Below, piece after piece: positions 52,642 through 63,183 of a stretch of DNA of 64,000 bases. Position 1 is the first letter of the stretch. The number at the start of each line of letters is the position of its first letter. Below the pieces are notes generated by a model. The model was not told the origin of the DNA. It saw only the letters and a list, made by a program, of their open reading frames with translations, and did no database searches. The stretch covers positions 8,014 to 72,013 of the forward strand of contig JAVRCV020000009.1 in assembly GCA_034530615.2 (NCBI GenBank), given 5' to 3'. A program made the position numbers and the translations under genes. The DNA comes from Aulosira sp. ZfuVER01. Lineage in GTDB: Bacteria > Cyanobacteriota > Cyanobacteriia > Cyanobacteriales > Nostocaceae.

Positions 52642-54648
52642 ATGAAGCCGAAAATACATTCAGAATCTGACCATTGTTGTAATTGTGGACATGACGATCG
52701 CGAGAATCATAATCATCACCATCATAATGATTCTCATGAGCATCATGATGAGAATCATAACCATGACCATAATCACGATCATGGCGGAGAATTTAATCTC
52801 AAAAATGAGATATTTCCTTTGGTTTTAATTTTCAGTTTGTATACACCAGGTGTAATTTTTGAATCTCAATTACACCATACATTCTACTCAATCGGTGAAT
52901 ATTTACTTTTCATCCCTGCCTATTTATTAAGTGGATGGAGTGTTTTAAAAACTGCCGGTAGAAATATACTTCGAGGTAGAGTATTTGATGAAACATTTTT
53001 AATGACGGTAGCAACATTGGGAGCGATCGCAATTCATAAATTGCCAGAAGCGGTCGGAGTCATGTTATTTTACAAAATTGGGGAATTATTCCAAGATATT
53101 GCCGTCAATCGTTCTCGTAACTCTATTAAAGCATTATTGGAAGTACGTCCAGATTATGCCAATATTCAAATAGATGGAGAACTCAAGAAAGTATCGCCAG
53201 AAACAGTAAATATTGGTGAGATTATCGTTGTCAAACCAGGGGAAAAGATTCCTTTAGATGGTGAAATCATCGAAGGAAATTCCCAAGTTGACACATCTGC
53301 ATTAACTGGAGAATCTGTACCACGAACAGTAAAAGTTGGAGAAACAGTTTTGGCTGGAATGCTCAACAAAATGGGTGTCCTGACAATCAAGGTCACAAAA
53401 CTTTTTGATGAGTCTTCCATCGCCAAGATTTTAGATTTGGTGCAGAATGCCAAAAGCAAAAAAGCAGCAACAGAGAAATTTATTACTAAGTTTGCCAGAT
53501 ATTATACGCCAGTAGTAGTTTTTGCATCTCTAGCAGTTGCGCTATTACCTCTTTTATTCCTGAATGGGACAACATCCTCAGAATGGATTTATCGCGGTTT
53601 GATATTATTAGTAATTTCCTGTCCATGTGGATTAGTTATCAGTATTCCACTTGGTTACTTTGGGGGCATAGGAGGTGCTGCTAAACGCGGTATTTTGGTT
53701 AAAGGCTCTACTTTTTTAGATACTTTGACAACAGTAGATACAGTTGTATTTGACAAAACAGGGACATTGACTAGAGGAGTATTTAAAGTAGTTAATATTG
53801 TTCCTAAAAATGGCTGGAATGAGCAAGAATTGCTACAATTAGCCGCCGAAATAGAATCGCACTCAAATCATCCGATTGCTCAATCTATTAGGGATGCTTA
53901 TCAAGGAAAAATCGATGCAACTGAAGTAAGAGATTACGAAGAAATCGCTGGTTATGGAATCAGCGCCAAAATAGAAAATCAGTTAGTGCTTGCAGGAAGC
54001 GATCGCTTGTTACATAAAGAGAAGATTGCTCATGATATTTGCAACATTGAAGGCACAGTGATTCATTTAGCAGTGAATCGTAATTATGCTGGATATATTG
54101 TCATAGCTGATGAGTTGAAATCAGATGCAAGAGAGGCTATTCACCAGCTAAAAAGCATTGGTGTCAAAAAAACATTAATGTTGACAGGAGATAATCAAGC
54201 GATCGCCTCCCATATTGCTCAACAGCTTGGCATAGATTCCTATGAAGCAGAGTTATTACCAGAAGAAAAAGTGAGTGCAATTGAAAAGTTACTCAGTACC
54301 TCAGAACAGCATGGTAAAGTCGCTTTTATCGGAGATGGAATTAATGATGCCCCAGTAATTGCTAGAGCTGATGTTGGGATGGCAATGGGCGGATTAGGTT
54401 CAGATGCGGCAATAGAAACCGCTGATATTGTGATAATGACGGATACGCCTTCAAAAGTGGCACAAGCAATACAAATTGCCAGAAAAACCCGCACAATTGT
54501 TTGGCAAAATATCATTTTTGCGTTAGTAATCAAAAGCGTATTTATTGGGTTGGGGATTTTTGGAATTGCGACAATGTGGGAAGCTGTGTTTGCTGATGTC
54601 GGCGTAGCGCTGCTGGCAATTTTTAACGCCACCAGAGTGATGAATTGA
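52642..54648 (+). CDS. Zn/Cd/Co-exporting P1B-type ATPase with His-rich N-terminus (ZiaA/CadA-like)
   Basis: TGES, CPC, DKTGT, HP, GDGIND; N-terminal CCNCGH plus His repeats. Confidence 0.93.
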   Translation: MKPKIHSESDHCCNCGHDDRENHNHHHHNDSHEHHDENHNHDHNHDHGGEFNLKNEIFPLVLIFSLYTPGVIFESQLHHTFYSIGEYLLFIPAYLLSGWSVLKTAGRNILRGRVFDETFLMTVATLGAIAIHKLPEAVGVMLFYKIGELFQDIAVNRSRNSIKALLEVRPDYANIQIDGELKKVSPETVNIGEIIVVKPGEKIPLDGEIIEGNSQVDTSALTGESVPRTVKVGETVLAGMLNKMGVLTIKVTKLFDESSIAKILDLVQNAKSKKAATEKFITKFARYYTPVVVFASLAVALLPLLFLNGTTSSEWIYRGLILLVISCPCGLVISIPLGYFGGIGGAAKRGILVKGSTFLDTLTTVDTVVFDKTGTLTRGVFKVVNIVPKNGWNEQELLQLAAEIESHSNHPIAQSIRDAYQGKIDATEVRDYEEIAGYGISAKIENQLVLAGSDRLLHKEKIAHDICNIEGTVIHLAVNRNYAGYIVIADELKSDAREAIHQLKSIGVKKTLMLTGDNQAIASHIAQQLGIDSYEAELLPEEKVSAIEKLLSTSEQHGKVAFIGDGINDAPVIARADVGMAMGGLGSDAAIETADIVIMTDTPSKVAQAIQIARKTRTIVWQNIIFALVIKSVFIGLGIFGIATMWEAVFADVGVALLAIFNATRVMN

Positions 54649-54671
54649 ACCGGAAACTGGGGGGACAAGGA

Positions 54672-54758
54672 AGAGCCACTGCGTTGCGGAGGTTCCCTCC
54701 GTTGTAGCAAGTGGCGTCGACAGGGGAGAAATAACAAATGACTACTGACAAATGACAA
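54672..54758. repeat. Small dispersed repeat plus STRR (aaatgac)
   Basis: gagccactgcgttgcggaggttccctccgttgtagcaagtggcgtc, related to the copies at 12545 and 57643. Confidence 0.65.
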
Positions 54759-54891
54759 TCTGGAATTAAGAGTTGGGAGTTTGTAGTAGATAACAGCAAG
54801 AAGTCAAAACTTGTTCATTTAACACTCCTAACTTAGTTACAGGCGCGAGCGATCGCGTCTGTTTCTTTCTCAGCAACCCAGAGTAGAATCC

Positions 54892-55566
54892 ATGAAGTCT
54901 CCCATCACACACATTGCAATAGCTACATTAGCTTTGCTACTAAGCAACTCAACCAACTCAGTATTGGCCGCACCCCAAACAACTAATCATCTAGTTAACG
55001 TCGCCCAAGCACAAAAGGCTTCAGACAACTTAATTATTCCTGGACAGAGAGTAGGCCCTGTGACAAGCACAACCACCAAGGAAGATTTAGTCAAGTTGTT
55101 TGGTGCATCCCGGTTGGTTGATAAAACTATTCCTGGGGCTGAAGGAATGGGTAGTTATGCAGCTACTCAGGTAAATTTAGGTAAGGAGCGATCGTTCTTA
55201 GTAGTCTGGAGCGATAACACTCGTAGCAAACCACTCACTGTCAGTGACTTCGGTTCTGCTTGGAAAACTCCTGAAGGTTTAAGTGTAGGTACTCCCTTAA
55301 ATGAGTTACGCCAGAAGTTAGGGAACTTTCAACTCTATGGCTTGGGCTGGGACTATAGCGGCACAATCTTGTTGAGTACCAGCCGATTACCTGGTTATCA
55401 AGGCAAACTGATTTTAAGAGTGAATGCTGCTCCTAATGCTTACAAAAATTACCCAAAAGATTACAAAGCAGTCTCAGGCGATCGCACTTTTTCTTCTAGC
55501 GATCGCCATTGGAAATCTCTGGGAATACGTTTAACACAAATAAGTGTTTTGCTTAACCAGGAATAA
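54892..55566 (+). CDS. Hypothetical exported protein
   Basis: Signal peptide; IIPGQRVGPVT, KTPEGLSVGT, FQLYGLGWDYSG. Confidence 0.75.
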   Translation: MKSPITHIAIATLALLLSNSTNSVLAAPQTTNHLVNVAQAQKASDNLIIPGQRVGPVTSTTTKEDLVKLFGASRLVDKTIPGAEGMGSYAATQVNLGKERSFLVVWSDNTRSKPLTVSDFGSAWKTPEGLSVGTPLNELRQKLGNFQLYGLGWDYSGTILLSTSRLPGYQGKLILRVNAAPNAYKNYPKDYKAVSGDRTFSSSDRHWKSLGIRLTQISVLLNQE

Positions 55567-55570
55567 GTCT

Positions 55571-55960
55571 TCAATACTCATTAACCAGTCTTTGATACTC
55601 ATTAATCAGTCTTTGATACTCATTAACCAAGCTTAGAACTCCATTAATCAGTCTTTGATACTCGTTAACCAAGCTCTGATACTTGTTAACCAGGCTTAGA
55701 ACTCCATTAATCAGTCTTTGATACTCGTTAATCAGTCTTTGATACTCATTAACCAAGCTTAGAACTCCATTAATCAGTCTTTGATACTCGTTAACCAGGC
55801 TTAGAACTCCATTAACCAGTCTTTGATACTCGTTAACCAGTCTTTGATACTCGTTAACCAGTCTTTGATACTCATTAACCAAGCTTAGAACTCCATTAAC
55901 CAAGCTCTGATACTCGTTAATCAAGCTGAGAACTTCATTAACCAGGATTTAATACTCATT
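55571..55960. repeat. Tandem array of about 18 21-bp units of two types
   Basis: ttaaYcagtctttgatactcR and ttaaccaRgcttagaactcca units. Confidence 0.95.
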
Positions 55961-56073
55961 ACTGTGATTTCTCGGTGAGGTCGCGAACTTTGAACGGCGA
56001 ATTGTTTGGTTATCGGTACACGTTGCTGGGTATGATATTTATTCTGCAAGCATTTACTTAGTAAAAACTAGTT

Positions 56074-57162
56074 ATGACCCAGAACTACCGCATTACCCTA
56101 CTCCCTGGCGATGGCATTGGCCCCGAAATTATGGCCGTAGCGGTAGATGTGCTGAATGTCGTGGGGAAGAAATTCGATCTGAAGTTTGATTTTCAAGAAG
56201 CCTTAATTGGTGGTGCAGCCATTGACGCTACAGGGGAACCGCTACCTGCTGCAACCTTAGAGACTTGTCGCGGTAGTGATGCTGTATTACTCGCTGCTAT
56301 CGGTGGTTATAAGTGGGATTCTCTACCATCCCATAGCCGCCCAGAAGCAGGTTTATTAGGACTCCGTGCAGGTTTGGGATTATTTGCTAATTTGCGCCCA
56401 GCCAAAATTTTGCCCCAGTTGATTGACGCCTCAACTTTGAAACGGGAAGTTGTGGAAGGCGTTGATATTATGGTGGTGCGCGAACTCACTGGAGGAATTT
56501 ACTTCGGTAAACCTAAGGGGATTTTTGAAACTGAGACTGGAGAGAAACGCGGTGTCAATACAATGGTTTACACCGAATCAGAAATCGATCGCATTGGTAG
56601 AGTGGCTTTTGAAGCAGCCCGTAAACGTGGCAAGAAACTTTGCTCGGTAGATAAGGCGAACGTGTTAGACGTATCTCAGTTGTGGCGCGATCGCATTACC
56701 AAACTTTCCCAAGAATATCCGGATGTCGAACTATCTCACCTCTATGTCGATAATGCGGCGATGCAATTAGTACGCGCTCCCAAGCAATTCGATACCATCG
56801 TCACAGGCAATTTATTTGGCGATATTCTTTCTGATGCTGCCGCCATGCTCACTGGTAGTATTGGGATGCTGCCCTCTGCTAGTTTAGGTGCTGACGGGCC
56901 TGGCGTGTTTGAACCCGTTCACGGTTCTGCCCCCGATATCGCTGGACAGGATAAAGCTAATCCTTTAGCGCAGGTGTTAAGTGCAGCCATGATGCTACGC
57001 TACGGTTTAGACCAACCAGAGGCAGCAGACGCGATTGAAAACGCTGTATTGCAAGTTTTAGCACAAGGCGATCGCACCGGAGATATTCTCTCACCAGGAA
57101 CAAATCTGTTGGGTTGCCGTGCTATGGGTGACGCGCTAATTAAAGCGATACAAGCAAAATAA
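56074..57162 (+). CDS. leuB: 3-isopropylmalate dehydrogenase
   Basis: [47 protein letters not shown]. Confidence 0.98.
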   Translation: MTQNYRITLLPGDGIGPEIMAVAVDVLNVVGKKFDLKFDFQEALIGGAAIDATGEPLPAATLETCRGSDAVLLAAIGGYKWDSLPSHSRPEAGLLGLRAGLGLFANLRPAKILPQLIDASTLKREVVEGVDIMVVRELTGGIYFGKPKGIFETETGEKRGVNTMVYTESEIDRIGRVAFEAARKRGKKLCSVDKANVLDVSQLWRDRITKLSQEYPDVELSHLYVDNAAMQLVRAPKQFDTIVTGNLFGDILSDAAAMLTGSIGMLPSASLGADGPGVFEPVHGSAPDIAGQDKANPLAQVLSAAMMLRYGLDQPEAADAIENAVLQVLAQGDRTGDILSPGTNLLGCRAMGDALIKAIQAK

Positions 57163-57252
57163 TTTCTTTCGTTTTCGCCGGAGCATTTTGGCAACCGATA
57201 CGGAAACTTTCATATAAACTAGAGACAAATTTAGCAAGCAAAAAAATCCATA

Positions 57253-57522
57253 GTGTACGCTTTACACCAAGGACACGAAAACTATACCGCCCCCAAAAAC
57301 CAGCATTCTCAGTCTCCTTTGGCTGACCCCGCTGTCATTAGGGCTGCTGGTCAAATTTACTACACACTCTGTGAAGCACATCCCGAAGTAACTGGACAAG
57401 CTACAGGAGTAGCCATTAATCGCAATACCCATCGCGGCAAGGTGATTTTTACGAACCACCCAGTTCTCCTACCGCAAGAATGTTTTGTACCTTTGAGCCA
57501 AATAGAATCTCATATGTATTAG
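57253..57522 (+). CDS. Hypothetical protein
   Basis: 89-aa ORF co-oriented between leuB and pilD. Confidence 0.65.
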   Translation: MYALHQGHENYTAPKNQHSQSPLADPAVIRAAGQIYYTLCEAHPEVTGQATGVAINRNTHRGKVIFTNHPVLLPQECFVPLSQIESHMY

Positions 57523-57803
57523 TCAAGAGTCATTGGTCATTGGTCATTAGTTTTTAGTCATTAGTTATTCGTCATTAGGAATGACATATTAGTCACTGGT
57601 TATTAGTCGTTAGTCATGGGACAAATGACAAAGCGCAAATTCGAGCCAGTCGTGTGGGCGGCTTCTCGTAGAGTATTGGCGTTGAGCGGAGGTCTACTCC
57701 GCTAATAACTTTGTCACAGCAGACACAGGACTAATGATAAATAACAAATGACAAAGGACAAAGTACAAAGTACAAATGACACAGGACTAATGACTAAATG
57801 ACT
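57520..57803. repeat. STRR heptamer arrays (gtcatta/gtcattg and tgacaaa/tgactaa) in inverted arrangement
   Basis: gtcattggtcattggtcattag... and ...aatgacaaaggacaaagtacaaagtacaaatgac. Confidence 0.8.
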
Positions 57804-57805
57804 AT

Positions 57806-58627
57806 ATGGAAATTTTAACGATCGTCCCGGCGAGCGCGATTGTCTTCGCTTTGGGTGCATCTATTGGCAGCTTTATCAATGTTGTGGTTTATCGGCTACC
57901 GGCTGGTTTGTCTGTTCTTTGGCCTCCCTCCCGTTGTCCCCATTGCCTCAACCAGCTGAAAGCGCACGATAATGTACCAGTTTTCGGTTGGCTGTGGTTA
58001 AAAGGTCGCTGTCGTTATTGTAAAAGCAAGATTTCTGCCCGCTATCCTGTGGTAGAAGCGTTAACGGGCATCATCTTTCTACTAGTTTTTTTATTATTTA
58101 AAGTTTCTATTTTAACAATTGGATATTGGGCCTTTTGTAGCTGGTTATTGGCCCTATCACTCATTGACTTAGATACGATGACTTTACCCAATCAACTTAC
58201 TCAGTCTGGGTTGGTGTTGGGAATAATATTTCAAATAGTTATCGGGTTTTTCCCAGATGGTAACTATGTGGGATCGATCAAACATTTGATGATGGGGATT
58301 GTTGGTGCTGTGCTGGGCTTGTGGCTATTTGATGCGATCGCCATGCTTGGTTCAATTGCTCTTGGTAAAACGGCAATGGGAGCAGGAGATGCGAAATTAG
58401 CCGCCATGATGGGGGCTTGGCTAGGTTGGAAATATTTACTTTTAGCTGGTTTTATGGCATGTGCCGTGGGAGCGTTAGTTGGTGGTGTATCAATTACACT
58501 ATCCAAGCGCAGATTTGGACAAAAAATACCTTTTGGCCCTTTTCTCGCTTTTGGGGCTGCGATCGCTCTATTTGGAGGCGAAGCGATATTATCGGCTTAC
58601 TTGCGGTTATTTTTTCCAGTAACTTAA
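57806..58627 (+). CDS. pilD: Prepilin peptidase
   Basis: GSFINVVVYRLP, SRCPHC, GRCRYC, IDLD, MGAGDAKL, PFGPFL. Confidence 0.95.
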   Translation: MEILTIVPASAIVFALGASIGSFINVVVYRLPAGLSVLWPPSRCPHCLNQLKAHDNVPVFGWLWLKGRCRYCKSKISARYPVVEALTGIIFLLVFLLFKVSILTIGYWAFCSWLLALSLIDLDTMTLPNQLTQSGLVLGIIFQIVIGFFPDGNYVGSIKHLMMGIVGAVLGLWLFDAIAMLGSIALGKTAMGAGDAKLAAMMGAWLGWKYLLLAGFMACAVGALVGGVSITLSKRRFGQKIPFGPFLAFGAAIALFGGEAILSAYLRLFFPVT

Positions 58628-59210
58628 ATATAGGAGGCAAAAATAAAATCACAATTCGCAATTTAAAAATTCCAATTTTATATCCCATTCGTCCATCATA
58701 AGAAATTTCTACCCCCATGACTGTAACCGTCATTACGCCATCAATTCTTCATATTTTGGTAATATCATCCTGTGACCAGTATTACCCTCTTAACGAGCTA
58801 ACTGCTCATAACCTAGCAGTACAAATTCTTGATTTGGGAGCAAGTATCCCCTGAAGGGGTTGGGGAAGGGCGTCCTGTTGGGGGGTTAATAAGCCAAGAC
58901 CTTTGCCGATACCTTCACAAGCTAAAACGGACAAGAGACTTGTATTGGCATAAGCATTTTCGTTAAGCTGGCAACCAAAGATGCAAAATAAGGTCTGAAT
59001 TGCTTACAAGCGTAATTTGACGATGTAGTCAATAGTCAAGAGCCACAACGGGATGAACAAGCGTGTCTTTCCCACAGCGGAGCCACCAAATAATCTGTAT
59101 CCAGTCCCAGAGCCACCAAATCACGACTGTGGTATGAGGACTTTTTACCCTGTAATCCCCCTAGCTTCTTGACCCGTTTTCGACCTCATTACCTACTTGA
59201 TAAAATAAAA

Positions 59211-60161
59211 ATGGCAAACAACGAAGAATCACGCGGTTTAAAGTCACTATTGGATTGGTTTGCAAATCGGCGGAAATCAGGAACTATCAGCCTCGAACGT
59301 CAAGAACGTGAAATTGCTGATGGGTTATGGCACAAATGCTCTAAGTGTGGTGTATTGACATATACGAAAGACCTAAAAGCAAATCAGATGGTTTGCATTG
59401 AATGCGGTCATCATAATCGGGTGGATAGCGATGAACGCATCCGTCAATTAATCGACCAAAACACTTGGAAACCGATGGACGAGCATCTGCGTCCCACAGA
59501 TCCCCTGCAATTTCGCGATCGCAAACCCTACAGCGATCGCTTACGGGAAATGCAGGAAAAAATTGGTTTAATAGATGCTGTTAAAACTGGTTTAGGCCAA
59601 ATCAATGGATTGCCTGTGGCCTTAGGAGTCATGGACTTCCGCTTCATGGGTGGAAGCATGGGTTCAGTCGTGGGCGAAAAACTCACCCGCATGATTGAGC
59701 AAGCCACTCAGCGGCGTTATCCAGTAATTATCGTCTGCACTTCTGGTGGAGCCAGAATGCAAGAAGGAATGCTCTCCTTGATGCAGATGGCGAAAATCTC
59801 CGCAGCGCTACAACGCCATCGCGACGCCAAACTTTTATATATTCCAATTTTGACTCATCCCACAACTGGTGGTGTGACAGCTAGTTTCGCCATGTTGGGC
59901 GATATCATCCTCGCAGAACCAAAGGCTACCATCGGTTTTGCTGGACGGCGAGTAATTGAACAAACCATCCGCGAGAAATTACCAGAGGACTTTCAAACCG
60001 CTGAAGATTTACTCAAGCATGGTTTTGTTGATGAAATCGTACCCCGTACCCAGTTAAAGAACACTCTCGCTCAGCTGATTGGCTTGCATCAGCCCGTGCC
60101 CACCGCCCCCCACATGGTTTTGTGGGAAAGCATGAGTTTGAGTTCTACCGCCGCTGAGTAA
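59211..60161 (+). CDS. accD: Acetyl-CoA carboxylase carboxyltransferase beta subunit
   Basis: WHKCSKC...CIEC zinc finger, [25 protein letters not shown] at 59211. Confidence 0.98.
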   Translation: MANNEESRGLKSLLDWFANRRKSGTISLERQEREIADGLWHKCSKCGVLTYTKDLKANQMVCIECGHHNRVDSDERIRQLIDQNTWKPMDEHLRPTDPLQFRDRKPYSDRLREMQEKIGLIDAVKTGLGQINGLPVALGVMDFRFMGGSMGSVVGEKLTRMIEQATQRRYPVIIVCTSGGARMQEGMLSLMQMAKISAALQRHRDAKLLYIPILTHPTTGGVTASFAMLGDIILAEPKATIGFAGRRVIEQTIREKLPEDFQTAEDLLKHGFVDEIVPRTQLKNTLAQLIGLHQPVPTAPHMVLWESMSLSSTAAE

Positions 60162-60218
60162 CAGGAGTGGGGATGAGGAGGATAAGGAAGCATTTTCTTC
60201 CTCATCTTCCTCTGCTGC

Positions 60219-61622
60219 TCACTCATGGGGTTCTTTAACAAAAATGAGTGGCACAATCGCCACTAAGCGACACACGCTAGAGAGAGCAAACAATCCTAGT
60301 AAGCCGCCTTGTTCGGCAAATTGGGCAATGAAGCTACCAATAGTTGTACCTAAAGCACCACTCACTCCAGCCACAGCCGATGCGATCGCAAAATAGATAG
60401 ACTGATTTTTTACTGGTGCAATTCCTAGTTGTATATTGTTATTGCACAAATCAATTGCCGCCCAAGTCCCTCCAGTAAAGATGTGTAATAACGGCAACCA
60501 CAGCCAAATATTCCAACTATTAGCGCTTACACCCACCCACAACAACGGCGTCAGTGCAACCAGAATTCCCATCAACATCAAAATCCGACGATTGCCTATT
60601 TTGTCTGCCAATTTACCCCAGAGGACAATCAAAAGCATATTGGCTCCAGCCTGAAGGCTACCATAGAGCGTCACATAACTTACATCTAGATTGAGCTTAT
60701 CTAGCAGATAGAAGTTGAAAAAAGGCGCGCTGATGTTAACAGCCAGCATCCAAAAGCCAAAATAGAGCAGAAATTTTAAAAAGTTATAGTTACTCCAGAT
60801 GCTAGCAAACTCGTTTGTTGGGCTAGGTATTTTCTCTGTTTCTATGTCAGCATATTCGCTGCTGTGCTGGTACTTTATAAGACTACTGTTTTGCAATGCT
60901 GGATTCATGTCCATCTGGAAGTACTGACAACCCAAGCTAATTAACCCGAACATGATACCGACAAGCAGAACTACCCCATAACCTTGTAAAGTTCCACCAT
61001 ACCAATGTGATACCGCTACTCCCGCCAAAGGTACGCAGAGTAAATTAGTCAAGCTAGCTGCACTATTGCGAATCCCAAAATACCTGCCGCGCAATCTCCG
61101 AGGCACAATCATCGCTAGCCAACTAAGCCATGATGCACTTCCTAACCCTCCTAAAAGACCGCTGAACAGGACAACCAACAGCGTTAATAATACTAACTGC
61201 CCAGAAGTCAGTCCGATCAAACTTGAGCCGATAATACCAACACATAGAATCAGCCATAGTAACCGAGCAATCCCATGAGTCCTAAGGGAATAGTAGAAAC
61301 GACTGCTGCTGCGTTCTGATAAGTAAGCACCCAACGGCTGAACTAAATTCACCAGCATAGGGATAGATGACAGCATCCCAAATACCACTGGACTAGCACC
61401 CAACTCCAACAGGAAATTGCTGAGTAAAATTCCTCCTGTAGCCACACCGAAAACTGTGGCGAAAACAGCATCCAGAGTTGAGGCTCTCAAACTGGTGCGA
61501 ATAGCATCCTTATAAGCTGGAGGATTAGGTTGTATGCTAGGAGCCAGTGCTGATTGTGGCGTGATAATCTGGGTAATTTCCAGAGCCACAGGCCCGGCGG
61601 TTTCAATCGGAACAGAAGTCAT
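60219..61622 (-). CDS. MFS transporter
   Basis: About 12 TM helices, WGKLADKIGNRR motif, RGRYFGIRN. Confidence 0.88.
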   Translation of the reverse strand: MTSVPIETAGPVALEITQIITPQSALAPSIQPNPPAYKDAIRTSLRASTLDAVFATVFGVATGGILLSNFLLELGASPVVFGMLSSIPMLVNLVQPLGAYLSERSSSRFYYSLRTHGIARLLWLILCVGIIGSSLIGLTSGQLVLLTLLVVLFSGLLGGLGSASWLSWLAMIVPRRLRGRYFGIRNSAASLTNLLCVPLAGVAVSHWYGGTLQGYGVVLLVGIMFGLISLGCQYFQMDMNPALQNSSLIKYQHSSEYADIETEKIPSPTNEFASIWSNYNFLKFLLYFGFWMLAVNISAPFFNFYLLDKLNLDVSYVTLYGSLQAGANMLLIVLWGKLADKIGNRRILMLMGILVALTPLLWVGVSANSWNIWLWLPLLHIFTGGTWAAIDLCNNNIQLGIAPVKNQSIYFAIASAVAGVSGALGTTIGSFIAQFAEQGGLLGLFALSSVCRLVAIVPLIFVKEPHE

Positions 61623-61780
61623 AAATTAAAGTTTTACGGATGACGTACCGTAGGATGAGTCTAGTTGCCGATAATGTCTCGCTATTCTATCCTGCCTCTC
61701 TCAACAAAAATTCAGATTTATAAATCTCAGTTTTCGGCTACAGACGATATAAGTAAAGACAGAGAGACTTTGACGAGTAC

Positions 61781-63031
61781 GTGATTAGAAGCAGGTTGTT
61801 CAAGTTTTTCGGACTGGCAATGGCGATCGCGATCGCGATTATTGGTTGCCACAGTCTATCACTACCAAGCCCATCGACAAAAGTTACTGTGAAACTTAGT
61901 GGTTGGGGAGGCAATCAAGTTGAGCAAAAACTCCTAAAACAGGTACTACAAGATTTTGAGGCACAGCACCCCCGTATCAACGTCAAGTATGAGGTGATTT
62001 CCGACCAATACATGGACGTAATAAAAACTCGCTTGGTTGGCGAAGCCGCACCCGATGTTTTCTATCTGGATGCGCTGGAGGCTCCTTTCCTTATGAGTCA
62101 AAATGTCCTCGAACCATTAGATGCTTATATTAACCCCGAATTTGACTTAGCAGACTTTGAAACTAACCTACTCAATAGCTTCAAATACCAAAACCGAATT
62201 TACGGTTTCCCCAAAGACTATTCCACCTTGTCGCTGTTTTACAACAAAAAAGCCTTCGCCACCGCAGGCTTGAGTAGTCCGCCAACTACTTGGGAGGAAT
62301 TACGCAGCTACTCTCGGCAGTTAACAGGCAAACTGAACAAATACGGGTTTGGGGAAATTCCCGAATTGGCACGCCAAGTTTATAAAATCAAAGCCTTTGG
62401 TGGTCAAATTATTGGTCAAAATGATTACCCAACCTTTGCCAGTGAACCTGGTTTGCAGGGATTGCAGTTGGTATTAGATCAGTATCAAAAAGACCGTTCC
62501 TCTGCCCAAAAATCTGATGTAGGAACTAGTTCTGGTAGCGAAATGTTTGGTCAGGGCAAGGTAGCAATGGTGATTGAGGGTAACTGGGCAATTCCTTATC
62601 TAAATGACACCTTTCCCAATCTGGAGTTTGCGACCGCAGAATTGCCGACAATTAATGGCAAAAAAAATACTATGGTTTTCACAGTTGCCTACGTGATGAA
62701 TAAGCAAGCAAAACACAAAGCCGAAGCTTGGGAATTGATTTCTTATCTCACAGGTAAGCAAGGGATGCAAAAGTGGACAGGAACAGGGTTTGCACTGCCA
62801 ACTCGGAAATCAGTAGCAGAAAAATTAGGCTATGACAAAGACCCTTTGCGATCGCCCTTTGTCAGTGGTGTATCTTACGCTACTTCTTGGCAAGCAGGCA
62901 AGTATCCAGCAGCAATTGTAAATAACTTTGATAACCAATTTATTAGCGCCTTGTTAAGACAACAACCATTAAAGCAGGCAATGGTGCGGGCAGAAAATGA
63001 AGCGAACAAGCAAATCAAAGCGATGGATTGA
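61781..63031 (+). CDS. Sugar ABC transporter substrate-binding lipoprotein
   Basis: Lipobox IIGC, APDVFY, LFYNK..F..AG...PPTTWEEL, GKVAM.IEGNW. Confidence 0.9.
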   Translation: MIRSRLFKFFGLAMAIAIAIIGCHSLSLPSPSTKVTVKLSGWGGNQVEQKLLKQVLQDFEAQHPRINVKYEVISDQYMDVIKTRLVGEAAPDVFYLDALEAPFLMSQNVLEPLDAYINPEFDLADFETNLLNSFKYQNRIYGFPKDYSTLSLFYNKKAFATAGLSSPPTTWEELRSYSRQLTGKLNKYGFGEIPELARQVYKIKAFGGQIIGQNDYPTFASEPGLQGLQLVLDQYQKDRSSAQKSDVGTSSGSEMFGQGKVAMVIEGNWAIPYLNDTFPNLEFATAELPTINGKKNTMVFTVAYVMNKQAKHKAEAWELISYLTGKQGMQKWTGTGFALPTRKSVAEKLGYDKDPLRSPFVSGVSYATSWQAGKYPAAIVNNFDNQFISALLRQQPLKQAMVRAENEANKQIKAMD

Positions 63032-63039
63032 TATACTTT

Positions 63040-63183
63040 TCAGCCTCCTTTCACTATCTGCTCTGCGGTCAATTCCAAGGTTTCCAACTCTGGGGAAATG
63101 ATGGGTTCGCTCCCTCGATAGACCTTATCCTCATATAATCCATCAACCCATGCCAAAATTGTTACCTGCTGCTGAATCGGGTC
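63040..63183 (-). pseudogene. C-terminal remnant of a Uma2/DUF820 endonuclease
   Basis: DPIQQQVTILAWVDGLYEDKVYRGSEPIISPELETLELTAEQIV; 5' part replaced by transposase sequence. Confidence 0.65.

Noticed and set aside
54240..54758. 172-aa minus-strand ORF and similar antisense ORFs in the track
   Set aside because: Antisense shadows of well-supported genes with no independent coding signal.
55571..55960. Possible CRISPR array
   Set aside because: Units are contiguous 21-mers without unique spacers, and no cas genes are present.
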